From the IMG/VR virus record IMGVR_UViG_3300011952_000030: 9,822 bases of DNA. One strand, 5' to 3'. The notes beneath the pieces are model-generated. The model ran no database searches. It saw only the letters and a list, made by a program, of their open reading frames with translations, and was not told where the DNA came from. Positions within the stretch are counted from its first letter, which is position 1. Each line of letters starts with the position of its first letter. A program made the translations under genes and the position numbers. This stretch comes from a virus (taxonomy: Duplodnaviria; Heunggongvirae; Uroviricota; Caudoviricetes). Positions 1-6,743 of this stretch are shown one piece after another.

Positions 1-129
1 ACTGGGGTTACACCAGGTAAGTATAGGTGGAAAATCAATATTCGCCAGTTCAACAATAAGGAAAATCTCATTGCATCACAACTATAAAACCATGTGTTTA
101 ACTCACAAAAAACAAATCATTAAACTAAT

Positions 130-151
130 CTGTTATATTATAATAGCTGCG
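130..151 (+). repeat. Left copy of a 22-bp imperfect direct repeat (CTGTTATATTATAATAGCTGCG) bracketing the blc / DUF523-DUF1722 module
   Basis: It matches 2139-2160 (CTGTTATATGATAATAACTACG) at 19 of 22 positions in the same orientation. Weaker similarity continues on both sides (AAAC..AA upstream, TGCAAT vs TGCGAT downstream) if one indel is allowed per side. Confidence 0.5.
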
Positions 152-389
152 TGCAATAATAATATTATATACTCTTAATATTCACTTGAAATATCTTCAT
201 ATAAAAACAGATTGAATAAAATCTTTTGGGGCTGGTATGTTTACCAACATTAAATTGCATCTCAATGTTTTCTTCAGCGTGAACAGGATTTTTATACAAA
301 CTGACACTATGGGTATCATAGTGTAGTTTTTACGATTGTAAATATCCTGCATACAGGAACTCATCACTTTCAGATGATATCGCATACAG

Positions 390-1349
390 TTAATTCACCA
401 TCAGTCTTAGAGCCAGTTCTTCCGGATAGGGATCGAAGTAATTCTGTGTAAGCAAGTAATCATTAGGATACTCACCCAGATAATGCTTCAGCAGAGTCAA
501 CGGCGCAAGAAGAGGCAATGTGCCAAAGCGATAGTTAAGTATAACCTCGGTCAACTCTTTACGCTGGCGTGTACTTAAGTAATTACTAAAATACCCCTGT
601 ATATGCATCAGCACATTCGTGTGATTTTTACGTGATGCAGGTTTTCTGAGAATCGCCATCAGCTTATCACGATACACCTCAAAGTATGATTCAAGGTCCG
701 CCCACTCGTGTATTGCAGCCACAAATGGTCCCATATCTTTATAGCCTGCCTGACTATGCGCCAACAACTGAAGCTTATAACGACTATGAAAAGCTAATAA
801 CTCTCTTCTTGATAATTTCTCCTTGTAAAGGTGATTGAGCTCATGCAAAGCAAAAACTCTTTCAACAAAATTCTCACGAAGCACTGGATCATGTAATCGC
901 CCATCCTCTTCAACCGGTAGCCAGGAAAACTTTTCCATCAAAGTGCTCGTAAATAGTCCCACTCCATCTTTACGACCTCGATTACCATTTTCATCATAGA
1001 CACGCACGCGCTCCATGCCACAGCTGGGAGATTTAGCACAAACCACAAACCCCGATACATCCTTTAATTTGTGCATATAAGAACGACTAAACTCTGTCAT
1101 TCTCTCTGTCACATCCTCATTCTGGTCGTGGCTGAAACACATCCGTATATTTCCTTGCTTCGAGCGCACAAGACGTAGAGCAGGACGCGGAACTGGCAGC
1201 CCTATAGCCATTTCCGGACATACTGGTCTGAATGTTACCCATTCCACTAATTTGTCCATTAAAAAGTCAGCTCTTTTGTGACCACCATCAAAACGAACAG
1301 CAGAACCGGCCAAACAACCGCTGATTCCAATCACAGGTTTTTTTATCAT
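390..1349 (-). CDS. DUF523 (TudS-like, Cys-rich) fused to DUF1722 (YbgA-like) protein, 319 aa
   Basis: A 960-nt ORF. The N-terminal half has the three-Cys pattern I associate with DUF523 / thiouracil-desulfurase-type proteins (GISGCLAG, VCPE, KSPSCG). The C-terminal half is helical and YbgA/DUF1722-like (LLAHSQ, NHTNVLMHIQGYF). A purine tract GGGGGAGGA lies directly upstream of the ATG at 1349. Confidence 0.8.
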   Translation of the reverse strand: MIKKPVIGISGCLAGSAVRFDGGHKRADFLMDKLVEWVTFRPVCPEMAIGLPVPRPALRLVRSKQGNIRMCFSHDQNEDVTERMTEFSRSYMHKLKDVSGFVVCAKSPSCGMERVRVYDENGNRGRKDGVGLFTSTLMEKFSWLPVEEDGRLHDPVLRENFVERVFALHELNHLYKEKLSRRELLAFHSRYKLQLLAHSQAGYKDMGPFVAAIHEWADLESYFEVYRDKLMAILRKPASRKNHTNVLMHIQGYFSNYLSTRQRKELTEVILNYRFGTLPLLAPLTLLKHYLGEYPNDYLLTQNYFDPYPEELALRLMVN

Positions 1350-1541
1350 ATCCTCCCCCTTGACTAATTCATTAACACATAAACTGTGTAGTGCACGGAA
1401 TAAATTGCCTTTCTGACGTCATCACTGACAATTTTTCTGTTATGGACTATTCCTAATATAGTATGAAAGTTCTTTAAGTGATCGGTCGTAATCATCTATC
1501 TTTCATACTTACTCTCAACTATCAAAAGTACAGGATTGATT

Positions 1542-2066
1542 ATGAAGTTATGGCCTGTGTTGACTGGCATTGCACTCTCTTTCACTCTTATAGCATGTAA
1601 GGCCCCGACACCACCTAAAGGTGTGCAGCCGATTACAAATTTTGACGCCAACCGCTACCTCGGAAAATGGTATGAAATAGCTCGCCTCGAGAACCGGTTC
1701 GAACGTGGTCTGGAACAGGTCAGCGCTACTTATGGAAAACGGAACGACGGAGGGATTCGTGTACTTAACCGTGGATACGATCCAACGAAAAATAAATGGA
1801 GCGAGAGCGAAGGTAAAGCATACTTTACTGGAGATACTAAAACTGCAGCGTTGAAGGTTTCGTTTTTTGGCCCCTTCTATGGTGGCTATAATGTAATCAA
1901 ACTGGATGATGAGTATAAGTATGCTCTTGTTAGTGGTTCGAACAGAGAATACCTATGGATTCTGGCAAGGACCCCAACTATTCCAGATAAAGTAAAAGCA
2001 GACTATGTGCGAACCGCTCAAAAGTTGGGATTCAATGTCAATGAATTATTATGGGTTAAACAATAA
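1542..2066 (+). CDS. blc: Outer-membrane lipoprotein Blc (bacterial lipocalin)
   Basis: The ORF-track start at 1536 is TTG. The ATG at 1542 lies 6 nt after AGGA (1532-1535). The product has a signal peptide with lipobox L-I-A-C and lipocalin motifs GKWYEIAR, FERG, SFFGPFYGGYNV and YLWILART. It is clearly related to, but diverged from, E. coli Blc as I remember it. Confidence 0.85.
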   Translation: MKLWPVLTGIALSFTLIACKAPTPPKGVQPITNFDANRYLGKWYEIARLENRFERGLEQVSATYGKRNDGGIRVLNRGYDPTKNKWSESEGKAYFTGDTKTAALKVSFFGPFYGGYNVIKLDDEYKYALVSGSNREYLWILARTPTIPDKVKADYVRTAQKLGFNVNELLWVKQ

Positions 2067-2094
2067 AATCCCTACCCGAAATGATACTTATTAG

Positions 2095-2121
2095 AAAAAA
2101 ACCAGCCTTTGGGGAGGCTGG
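2095..2121 (-). terminator. Intrinsic terminator read on the minus strand: tR'-like terminator downstream of Q, possibly also serving blc
   Basis: A perfect 7-bp stem, CCAGCCT (2102-2108) with AGGCTGG (2115-2121), encloses a 6-nt loop. A7 at 2095-2101 on the plus strand gives a U7 tail after the hairpin on the minus strand. There is no T-run on the plus-strand side, so blc termination would rely on the hairpin alone. Confidence 0.5.
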
Positions 2122-2138
2122 CTAAATCAGGAAACAAG

Positions 2139-2160
2139 CTGTTATATGATAATAACTACG
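2139..2160 (+). repeat. Right copy of the 22-bp imperfect direct repeat (CTGTTATATGATAATAACTACG)
   Basis: 19 of 22 positions match 130-151. It lies between the candidate late promoter and the tR'-like hairpin. Confidence 0.5.
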
Positions 2161-2180
2161 TTGCGATTCCAACATTTAAA

Positions 2181-2209
2181 ATGTTAGACTAATGACAATC
2201 AGACAGCAA
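2181..2209 (-). promoter_or_regulatory. Candidate PR'-like late promoter just downstream of Q
   Basis: On the minus strand: TTGCTG (2209-2204), a 17-nt spacer, then TAACAT (2186-2181). The position (12 nt after the Q stop and about 60-90 nt before the terminator) fits the lambdoid Q / PR' / short leader / tR' layout. The hexamers are only 4/6 matches each. Confidence 0.3.
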
Positions 2210-2221
2210 CTTTTCCTTTAA

Positions 2222-2599
2222 TTATTTCGAACAATCAGCATCCATCTCCAATCGGAGATCCAATACCATCAGCATGCCCTCCACTACGCCCTCAGCTTTC
2301 TGGAGCATCCTGCCAACCCAACAATCAGATCGCCCATGCTTACGTGCAAGCGCCATAAAAGTCATGCCGCCGACATAATAGTCCACCAATAAACCATGTA
2401 AATCGCTGTTGTTTTTTCTCAGGCGAGCCATACATTCACAAATGATCATCGCGTCATCGTCACAACATTGCGGGCGAGATTTTACTTTTGAAGGAATTAA
2501 TCCCTTAAAACCAGCGGCAATGGACGACCAGGTCACATCTTCATGATTATTAGCCGCCCATGCCCCCCAACGCTCAAGAACCATCTGAATATCACGCAT
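2222..2599 (-). CDS. quuD: Lambdoid late-gene antiterminator Q (phage-82 / DLP12 QuuD type), 125 aa
   Basis: The sequence [34 protein letters not shown]...CCDDDAMII...DLRLEMD closely matches my recollection of E. coli DLP12 QuuD. The ORF-track start at 2614 is TTG. The ATG at 2599 is preceded by GGAG with a 7-nt spacer, so it is preferred. Confidence 0.85.
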   Translation of the reverse strand: MRDIQMVLERWGAWAANNHEDVTWSSIAAGFKGLIPSKVKSRPQCCDDDAMIICECMARLRKNNSDLHGLLVDYYVGGMTFMALARKHGRSDCWVGRMLQKAEGVVEGMLMVLDLRLEMDADCSK

Positions 2600-2616
2600 C
2601 AACTTACTCCACAAAA

Positions 2617-3603
2617 TTAGGCCAGCACACCAATTGCCAGCGCGCGATCGATAAATCGAAAAATCAGCTCCAGTTGGGAGCCATACTTCTCTTCAAATGC
2701 CACGGTATCCGTATGCAACTCGTCGTGATGCTTTCTGCACAAAGGCAACACAAAGAGATCATGTGCTTTGGTTCCCATTCCGCCCTGCCCGTGACCAATC
2801 AGATGATGCGGATCGTCGGCTGGCATCCCGCAGCAAGCACACGGCTGTGTCTTAACCCAGCGTGTGTATTTCTCCTTAACCCAACGGTGACGTTTAGGCA
2901 GCTTCATGAAAGATTCCGGAGACTCTGGATCAACGGTGATGCTTACCACCGTCTTTTCCTGTGATGGGTTTTGTTGCTGGTGGGCGTGAGGCAACGGTGC
3001 AAGATTTTTTGTGCGCTGTTTCAATATGCTGGTGGCGGTCTGCTCTCCCGGTACGATGTCGCTTTCGCGGTACACCGAGCAGATTTTTTCCGCTGGTAAT
3101 CCCAGCGAGCGACGTAATACCGCTTCCGGTAGCGCGTCCGCCAGCTGATTGCGGACCGCCCACCAGGATAATTCAGCCAGAGATAATTCACGCTCCTTCG
3201 TACCGCTTATTGCGTGACCGATGACGTCAATCATCCATGCTGCCAGGTTTTGATGAGCAAGTTGCTCGAGTGATTCGGATGTCTGGTCACGCAGTTGGTT
3301 GTCGCAGTGCCAGCACAACACCATTGCGCCGGTACCATATCGGTGAATAACGGTTTCNNNNNNNNNNNNNNNNNNNNNNNNNNNNNNNNNNNNNNNNNNN
3401 NNNNNNNNNNNNNNNNNNNNNNNNNNNNNNNNNNNNNNNNNNNNNNNNNNNNNNNNNNNNNNNNNNNGCAGATTACGCATGCTTTTCGGTTCCGGCTCCA
3501 CCAGTACCCGGGTATTGTGGAATACCGGCATGGATTCACGGCCCGGCTTAACGACCACCAGCCCGAGTTCCGGTACCAGAACAGGTCGAAGTAATACCCG
3601 CAC
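2617..3603 (-). CDS. ydfU: DUF968 (YdfU-like) phage protein with a C-terminal HNH/zinc-like motif; the interior is unresolved (N-run 3358-3467)
   Basis: The C-terminal part carries PCACCG...[16 protein letters not shown]...[12 protein letters not shown], typical of DUF968 proteins encoded next to Q in Qin-type prophages. The GTG start at 3603 sits 4 nt after GGAGG and 1 nt after the upstream stop, which suggests coupling. The reading frame is preserved across the 110 N. About 37 codons are unknown. Confidence 0.7.
   Translation of the reverse strand: MRVLLRPVLVPELGLVVVKPGRESMPVFHNTRVLVEPEPKSMRNLXXXXXXXXXXXXXXXXXXXXXXXXXXXXXXXXXXXXXETVIHRYGTGAMVLCWHCDNQLRDQTSESLEQLAHQNLAAWMIDVIGHAISGTKERELSLAELSWWAVRNQLADALPEAVLRRSLGLPAEKICSVYRESDIVPGEQTATSILKQRTKNLAPLPHAHQQQNPSQEKTVVSITVDPESPESFMKLPKRHRWVKEKYTRWVKTQPCACCGMPADDPHHLIGHGQGGMGTKAHDLFVLPLCRKHHDELHTDTVAFEEKYGSQLELIFRFIDRALAIGVLA
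3358..3467. other. Run of 110 unresolved bases (N)
   Basis: Directly visible in the sequence. It falls inside the DUF968 ORF. Confidence 1.
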
Positions 3604-3604
3604 G

Positions 3605-3883
3605 TTACCTCCAGATGCGTTGCTGGAATGTACGGGACGGACGCGGTGGGCGTTCGGAGTAAGGCAATCTGACTGAGATTATCCAGTGACGGTAGTCGAG
3701 ACTAAGGGCTTTCTTAACCTCGTATCCGCGCCTGCGGTAACACTGAATTATCCATTCAGCCTGCTCTTCAGTGCATGGAGGGTGCTGGAACCATTCAGAC
3801 TTGAATGCGTGAGAATACCGCTCGTGCGTGCAGGCAAGAACGGGCGAATTATCAGAATTGTAATATTTTACGTTGCGTGCCAT
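3605..3883 (-). CDS. Hypothetical phage protein, 92 aa
   Basis: The ATG at 3883 is preceded by GGAG with an 8-nt spacer. The ORF is co-oriented with its neighbours and ends 1 nt before the DUF968 start. I recognise no family. The C-terminal ~20 residues (Pro/Arg-rich) may partly reflect the overlap region. Confidence 0.6.
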   Translation of the reverse strand: MARNVKYYNSDNSPVLACTHERYSHAFKSEWFQHPPCTEEQAEWIIQCYRRRGYEVKKALSLDYRHWIISVRLPYSERPPRPSRTFQQRIWR

Positions 3884-3949
3884 CGGTTTTCTCCGGTGGC
3901 ACGGTGTTACTCAGCGGGAGTTCAGCCCCGCGCAAGATTGTAGATGAGT

Positions 3950-4201
3950 TTATTCTTCTGCAAAAGCTGAAAAGCCTGCTTTTATTCCGATCTCTTTCAG
4001 TGCCTGTAATGAAGTGACAAACTCACCTTCGCGCAAGATAAATCCGTCTGTCACTCGACCATCCACAAAATTAATTAACGCAGCCCCATTCTTTCGCAAA
4101 CACATAATGCGGTAATGACTAACAAGATTTCCATTTTCAACGCACACAGCATAGAGGCCATCTTCACAAAAAATTTTACGCAGTTCTTCGATGTTCATCA
4201 T
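3950..4201 (-). CDS. rem: Rem-like small phage protein, 83 aa
   Basis: It has the same length (83 aa) and the same position (between hokD and ydfU) as rem of the E. coli Qin prophage as I recall it. A strong SD (GGAAGGA) lies 5 nt before the ATG. Function is unknown. Confidence 0.65.
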   Translation of the reverse strand: MMNIEELRKIFCEDGLYAVCVENGNLVSHYRIMCLRKNGAALINFVDGRVTDGFILREGEFVTSLQALKEIGIKAGFSAFAEE

Positions 4202-4279
4202 CAGAATCCTTCCGGATAATTAGCTCTCCCCTTTAAGGGACCATCCCTCTTATCCCTGCGCGCTACTTAAGTATTTTTG

Positions 4280-4309
4280 ATTCTATTCCGGCACCGTCCA
4301 GAACTTCAA
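4280..4309 (-). promoter_or_regulatory. Candidate sigma70 promoter upstream of rem
   Basis: On the minus strand: TTGAAG (4309-4304), an 18-nt spacer, then TAGAAT (4285-4280). It lies just after the T-rich 3' end of the hok transcript. Confidence 0.3.
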
Positions 4310-4417
4310 ACGCGTTGAAAATAAAAACAAAAACACGCCGAAGCGGGTTAAGTGCGGGTGCGTTGAGGATGCCTGTCACATCAGAGGTGGCGAGGGATTT
4401 CTCCCTCGCCGGGTCTC

Positions 4418-4573
4418 TTACTCCTCAGGTTCGTAAGCTGTGAAGACAGCGACCTCCGTCTGGCCGGTTCGGATTCGTACCTCGCAGAGGTCTTTCCTCG
4501 TTACCAGTGCCGTCACTATGACGGTTAAACAGATGACGATCAGGGCGATTAACATCGCCTTTTGCTGCTTCAT
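4418..4573 (-). CDS. hokD: Hok-family type I toxin, 51 aa
   Basis: MKQQKAMLIALIVICLTVIVTALVTRKDLCEVRIRTGQTEVAVFTAYEPEE matches HokD (RelF) as I remember it. AAGGAG lies 9 nt upstream of the ATG at 4573. Confidence 0.9.
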   Translation of the reverse strand: MKQQKAMLIALIVICLTVIVTALVTRKDLCEVRIRTGQTEVAVFTAYEPEE

Positions 4574-4630
4574 AGCCTGCTTCTCCTTGCCTTTCGGCAC
4601 GTAAGAGGCTAACCTACATGTGTCTAGCAT
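4418..4630 (-). CDS. Mok-like reading frame: an in-frame 19-codon N-terminal extension of hok (70 aa)
   Basis: The ATG at 4630 opens MLDTCRLASYVPKGKEKQA and runs in frame into hok. Chromosomal mok frames such as mokC are likewise about 19 codons longer than their hok. The position corresponds to the mok start of plasmid R1 parB in an alignment made from memory. Confidence 0.55.
   Translation of the reverse strand: MLDTCRLASYVPKGKEKQAMKQQKAMLIALIVICLTVIVTALVTRKDLCEVRIRTGQTEVAVFTAYEPEE
4587..4615 (+). promoter_or_regulatory. Sok antisense promoter
   Basis: TTGCCT (4587-4592), a 17-nt spacer, then TAACCT (4610-4615). It is colinear with the R1 sok promoter as I recall it (TTGCGC, 17 nt, TATCCT), including the shared spacer end GTAAGAGGC. 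Confidence 0.55.
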
Positions 4631-4697
4631 GAAATTGGCCTCAGATTAATGTTAAGCGTCTTGCAGGACGCGTAATGTTAACTGGGGCTTTTCTCTA
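4622..4697 (+). ncRNA. sok: Sok-like antisense RNA (about 75 nt), complementary to the mok start and leader
   Basis: It starts about 7 nt after the -10. A 15-bp stem, 4646-4660 paired with 4667-4681, contains 2 G-U pairs and 1 mismatch and has the loop TTGCAG. This is followed by CUGGGGCUUUUCUCU, the same hairpin-GGGGCU-U-rich ending as R1 Sok. The ends are approximate. Confidence 0.6.
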
Positions 4698-4748
4698 TCT
4701 GCCGTTGGTGTTCATGCCCGAGGCAGATAGCCTCAAGCACCCGCAGGC

Positions 4749-4777
4749 ATTCTACTTAACTCCCGTTATCTCGCCAA
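4749..4777 (-). promoter_or_regulatory. hok/mok mRNA promoter
   Basis: On the minus strand: TTGGCG (4777-4772), a 17-nt spacer, then TAGAAT (4754-4749). The predicted start is about 7 nt later, at GTGCTTGAGGC (4740-4730), which corresponds to the conserved 5' tac element of hok mRNAs. Confidence 0.5.
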
Positions 4778-4784
4778 TATGAAA

Positions 4785-4871
4785 TCAGTCAGAAAGGCGA
4801 TCCATAAGAATAACAGAACAATAAATTACCCGCACCACCGCAATAGTCAGCGAACATTTAAGAACCAACAT
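4785..4871 (-). CDS. Possible 28-aa hydrophobic small protein (MLVLKCSLTIAVVRVIYCSVILMDRLSD)
   Basis: It is below the ORF-track cutoff and was found by hand translation. The ATG at 4871 is preceded by GGGAGG with a 5-nt spacer. The product has one hydrophobic helix and a charged tail. There is no homology evidence. Confidence 0.3.
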   Translation of the reverse strand: MLVLKCSLTIAVVRVIYCSVILMDRLSD

Positions 4872-4934
4872 GACAGCCTCCCACATTTAAAGTACGTATG
4901 TTCTAATAAATATAAATGGCATGATTCTGCGAAA

Positions 4935-4951
4935 TACTTACATAAGCAATT
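4935..4951 (+). repeat. Left copy of a 17-bp imperfect direct repeat (TACTTACATAAGCAATT) flanking the low-GC operon
   Basis: 14 of 17 positions match 7982-7998 (TACTTCCATAACCAACT). It abuts the 29-bp palindrome. Statistical support is modest. Confidence 0.35.
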
Positions 4952-4980
4952 CGCTCAAATCTGACTGTCAGTTTTGAGCG
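4952..4980. repeat. 29-bp near-perfect palindrome CGCTCAAAtCTGACtGTCAGtTTTGAGCG
   Basis: The outer arms are 8 bp and the inner arms 5 bp, with a T-T mismatch between them and a single central T. It lies 38 nt downstream of the ATPase stop. Neither strand has a flanking U-run, so it is not a canonical intrinsic terminator. Confidence 0.9.
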
Positions 4981-5018
4981 AGAAAAATGATATCTACATA
5001 TCTATCAAATTACAAATC

Positions 5019-6743
5019 TTAAAGCCTAAAAAACTTATCGTCCTCCCCAAGCTCAAGCACAACACTATTATTGATGAAGTCTTGATCAATATTCTCCAAC
5101 TTGTCTTTAAGAATAGCCAATATATATTGACCATTAATCCCCGAAGCTATCTCGAATAACTTATTTATTTGATTTACATGAATTGCCTCAATTCCATCAT
5201 GAGCTATAAAACGTGGTGTTCTGGCTTCTAAAGACTCCTGGACAGATAAATAGGCAAAATCTAAAGAGGCAACCTGGGCTTTCTTTTTTCCTTCTCCCTG
5301 ATTACCTGATGTGAGCAAAGTTCCTAAAGGTTCAATGGTAAAAACGAAAGAACCGGAGGAATCTTTATAGGAAAGAATATATTCATCCTGATATAATTTT
5401 TTAGTATATAAAGAAAAATAGGAATTGAATAGCGCAAGACGTTTGTTAAAATCGTCAAGTTTAGATTTTAATCTATCTGACACATCATTAAACTTTGCTT
5501 TCAGTATATTAAAGTTGTTCTCCATCTCTTGGATTTGAAGTAGTCCAGCTTCAAGCCCACCTTTTTCTTCAAATAATGAATTTAATTTTTTTTGCATTAT
5601 TTGCAGGTCTGCCAATGTCCCATGCGAAGACAAACTCTTTAAAAGCTCTGATTCTTGAGTCAATAAGTTATTTAGTTCATCTTTATATTTGGAAATTTCT
5701 TGCAGCACTGGCTGCATTTGTTTTCTAATAAACTCAGCTTTTTTTACAAGCATTTTATTATGAAACGAAAGTAGCTCAGTAAACTCTTTGTTTAAGTTAC
5801 CTAACCGATCAGTTGCTTCTAAGTACAACTTCTGTAGATCTAGTGTATTTATATTTTCATGACTTTTTTCCAGATCTAGTATAGCCTTATCGTTTAATTT
5901 TTGCTTAAACTCCAAAGATGATAGTGTGATAGAAACTTCACTAATTTTAATTTTTAACTCATTTAACTCAGCAAGCATATCATTATAAGAGTCTGCCACT
6001 TGAAAATTAGAAATTAACTCTTCTTGTGCTATAATATCTCTATTTATAATTGCAATAGCTTGTTCCAAAGCATTCTTTGAGCGATGGCGAGTAATTACTT
6101 CATAATCGGATTTCGCCAGTTTATAGGCTTTAGTCACTGACTGTTTTTCATCCAGAATCTGTGAGTTACCGAACCCAAACATAAACAGATTTAACGTTTC
6201 ATATTGTGTATTAGAACCCATTTTTATCGTTTTTAATGCGTTCGACATCTTGTCATGCGTATTTCGAATAACACGTCCCATAATCTCTCGTATGGTCGGT
6301 TTTATCGCGGAATCAAGATATAATGTTCTTTTTAAAGCCTCGTTGAAATCTTTAGCCTTCGTATAGGACTCTTCATTTATTGAGGCTATAACCTTCGTTT
6401 TATTAGTCTCAGATGTAATTTTACGCTTAATTTTTATTACTGGTGCAGTTTTATTATTCAAATCTTTTGTGAGAATTAAACAAAACTCAATCTCGTTCTC
6501 TATCAAATAATTTTTTATAACCGAATTTTCTTTCTTGAATTCAGGATCGGTATAAAAATTCAGTTGTTCTGCTCCAAAACAAAAATCTAAAGCTCTTAAT
6601 ACAGTAGTTTTTCCCACACCATTTCCAGTTTGCTCTTTGCTGGAGGTGTTTCGGTCAATAATCAAATTAACGCCAATGTGAAATTCGATATCACGAATCA
6701 CTCCAAGCCTGAAAGAACTGACTATTAGCCGTTTCAAAAACAT
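5019..6743 (-). CDS. Coiled-coil ABC/SMC-type ATPase, 574 aa (LmuB / ABC-3C ATPase-like, DUF2326-like termini)
   Basis: The P-loop GNGVGKTT is at 6603-6626. A central segment of about 230 residues (about 5394-6101) is heptad-rich and poor in Pro and Gly. A signature-like SGNQGEGKKKA is at 5280-5309 and Walker B RFIAHD at 5196-5213. GGAG lies upstream of the ATG at 6743, and the gene overlaps the upstream ORF by 10 nt. Confidence 0.85.
   Translation of the reverse strand: MFLKRLIVSSFRLGVIRDIEFHIGVNLIIDRNTSSKEQTGNGVGKTTVLRALDFCFGAEQLNFYTDPEFKKENSVIKNYLIENEIEFCLILTKDLNNKTAPVIKIKRKITSETNKTKVIASINEESYTKAKDFNEALKRTLYLDSAIKPTIREIMGRVIRNTHDKMSNALKTIKMGSNTQYETLNLFMFGFGNSQILDEKQSVTKAYKLAKSDYEVITRHRSKNALEQAIAIINRDIIAQEELISNFQVADSYNDMLAELNELKIKISEVSITLSSLEFKQKLNDKAILDLEKSHENINTLDLQKLYLEATDRLGNLNKEFTELLSFHNKMLVKKAEFIRKQMQPVLQEISKYKDELNNLLTQESELLKSLSSHGTLADLQIMQKKLNSLFEEKGGLEAGLLQIQEMENNFNILKAKFNDVSDRLKSKLDDFNKRLALFNSYFSLYTKKLYQDEYILSYKDSSGSFVFTIEPLGTLLTSGNQGEGKKKAQVASLDFAYLSVQESLEARTPRFIAHDGIEAIHVNQINKLFEIASGINGQYILAILKDKLENIDQDFINNSVVLELGEDDKFFRL

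Noticed and set aside
1-87. Window-edge open frames: a plus-strand frame ending at TAA 85-87 (...GKYRWKINIRQFNNKENLIASQL), and a minus-strand ATG at 71 running off the left edge
   Set aside because: Each is under 30 codons. The minus-strand one has no SD and neither has a recognisable motif. They cannot be evaluated without the sequence to the left.
197-385. 62-aa minus-strand ORF just downstream of the DUF523-DUF1722 gene
   Set aside because: It lies in a very AT-rich stretch with no SD before its ATG. Its composition is odd and no motif is recognisable, so it is most likely a chance ORF.
1414-1421. TGACGTCA palindrome and nearby CTGAC repeats in the divergent blc / DUF523 intergenic region
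   Set aside because: This is an 8-bp palindrome of low information content. I cannot tie it to a known operator, and no convincing -35/-10 pair is anchored to it.
2560-4017. Plus-strand and alternative-frame ORFs in the track (2560-2964, 2930-3163, 2961-3224, 3231-3539, 3295-3594, 3479-3676, 3686-3943, 3805-4017)
   Set aside because: All are shadow frames overlapping the better-supported minus-strand genes (Q, DUF968, the 92-aa ORF, rem). Several exist only because the N-run reads as X. Their compositions are Arg/Pro/Ser-rich, as is typical of antisense frames in sequence of about 50% GC.
4779-5159. Plus-strand ORFs 4779-4964 and 4974-5159
   Set aside because: The first is antisense to the SD-led 28-aa ORF and spans the hok promoter, and it encodes a basic low-complexity product. 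The second is antisense to the 3' end of the ATPase gene. Neither has an SD.
5586-5755. A8 and A7 homopolymer tracts in the ATPase coding strand (T8 at 5586-5593 and T7 at 5749-5755 on the plus strand) as possible phase-variation switches
   Set aside because: They encode Lys-Lys in a Lys-rich gene of about 30% GC, where such runs are expected. The sequence itself gives no evidence of length variation.
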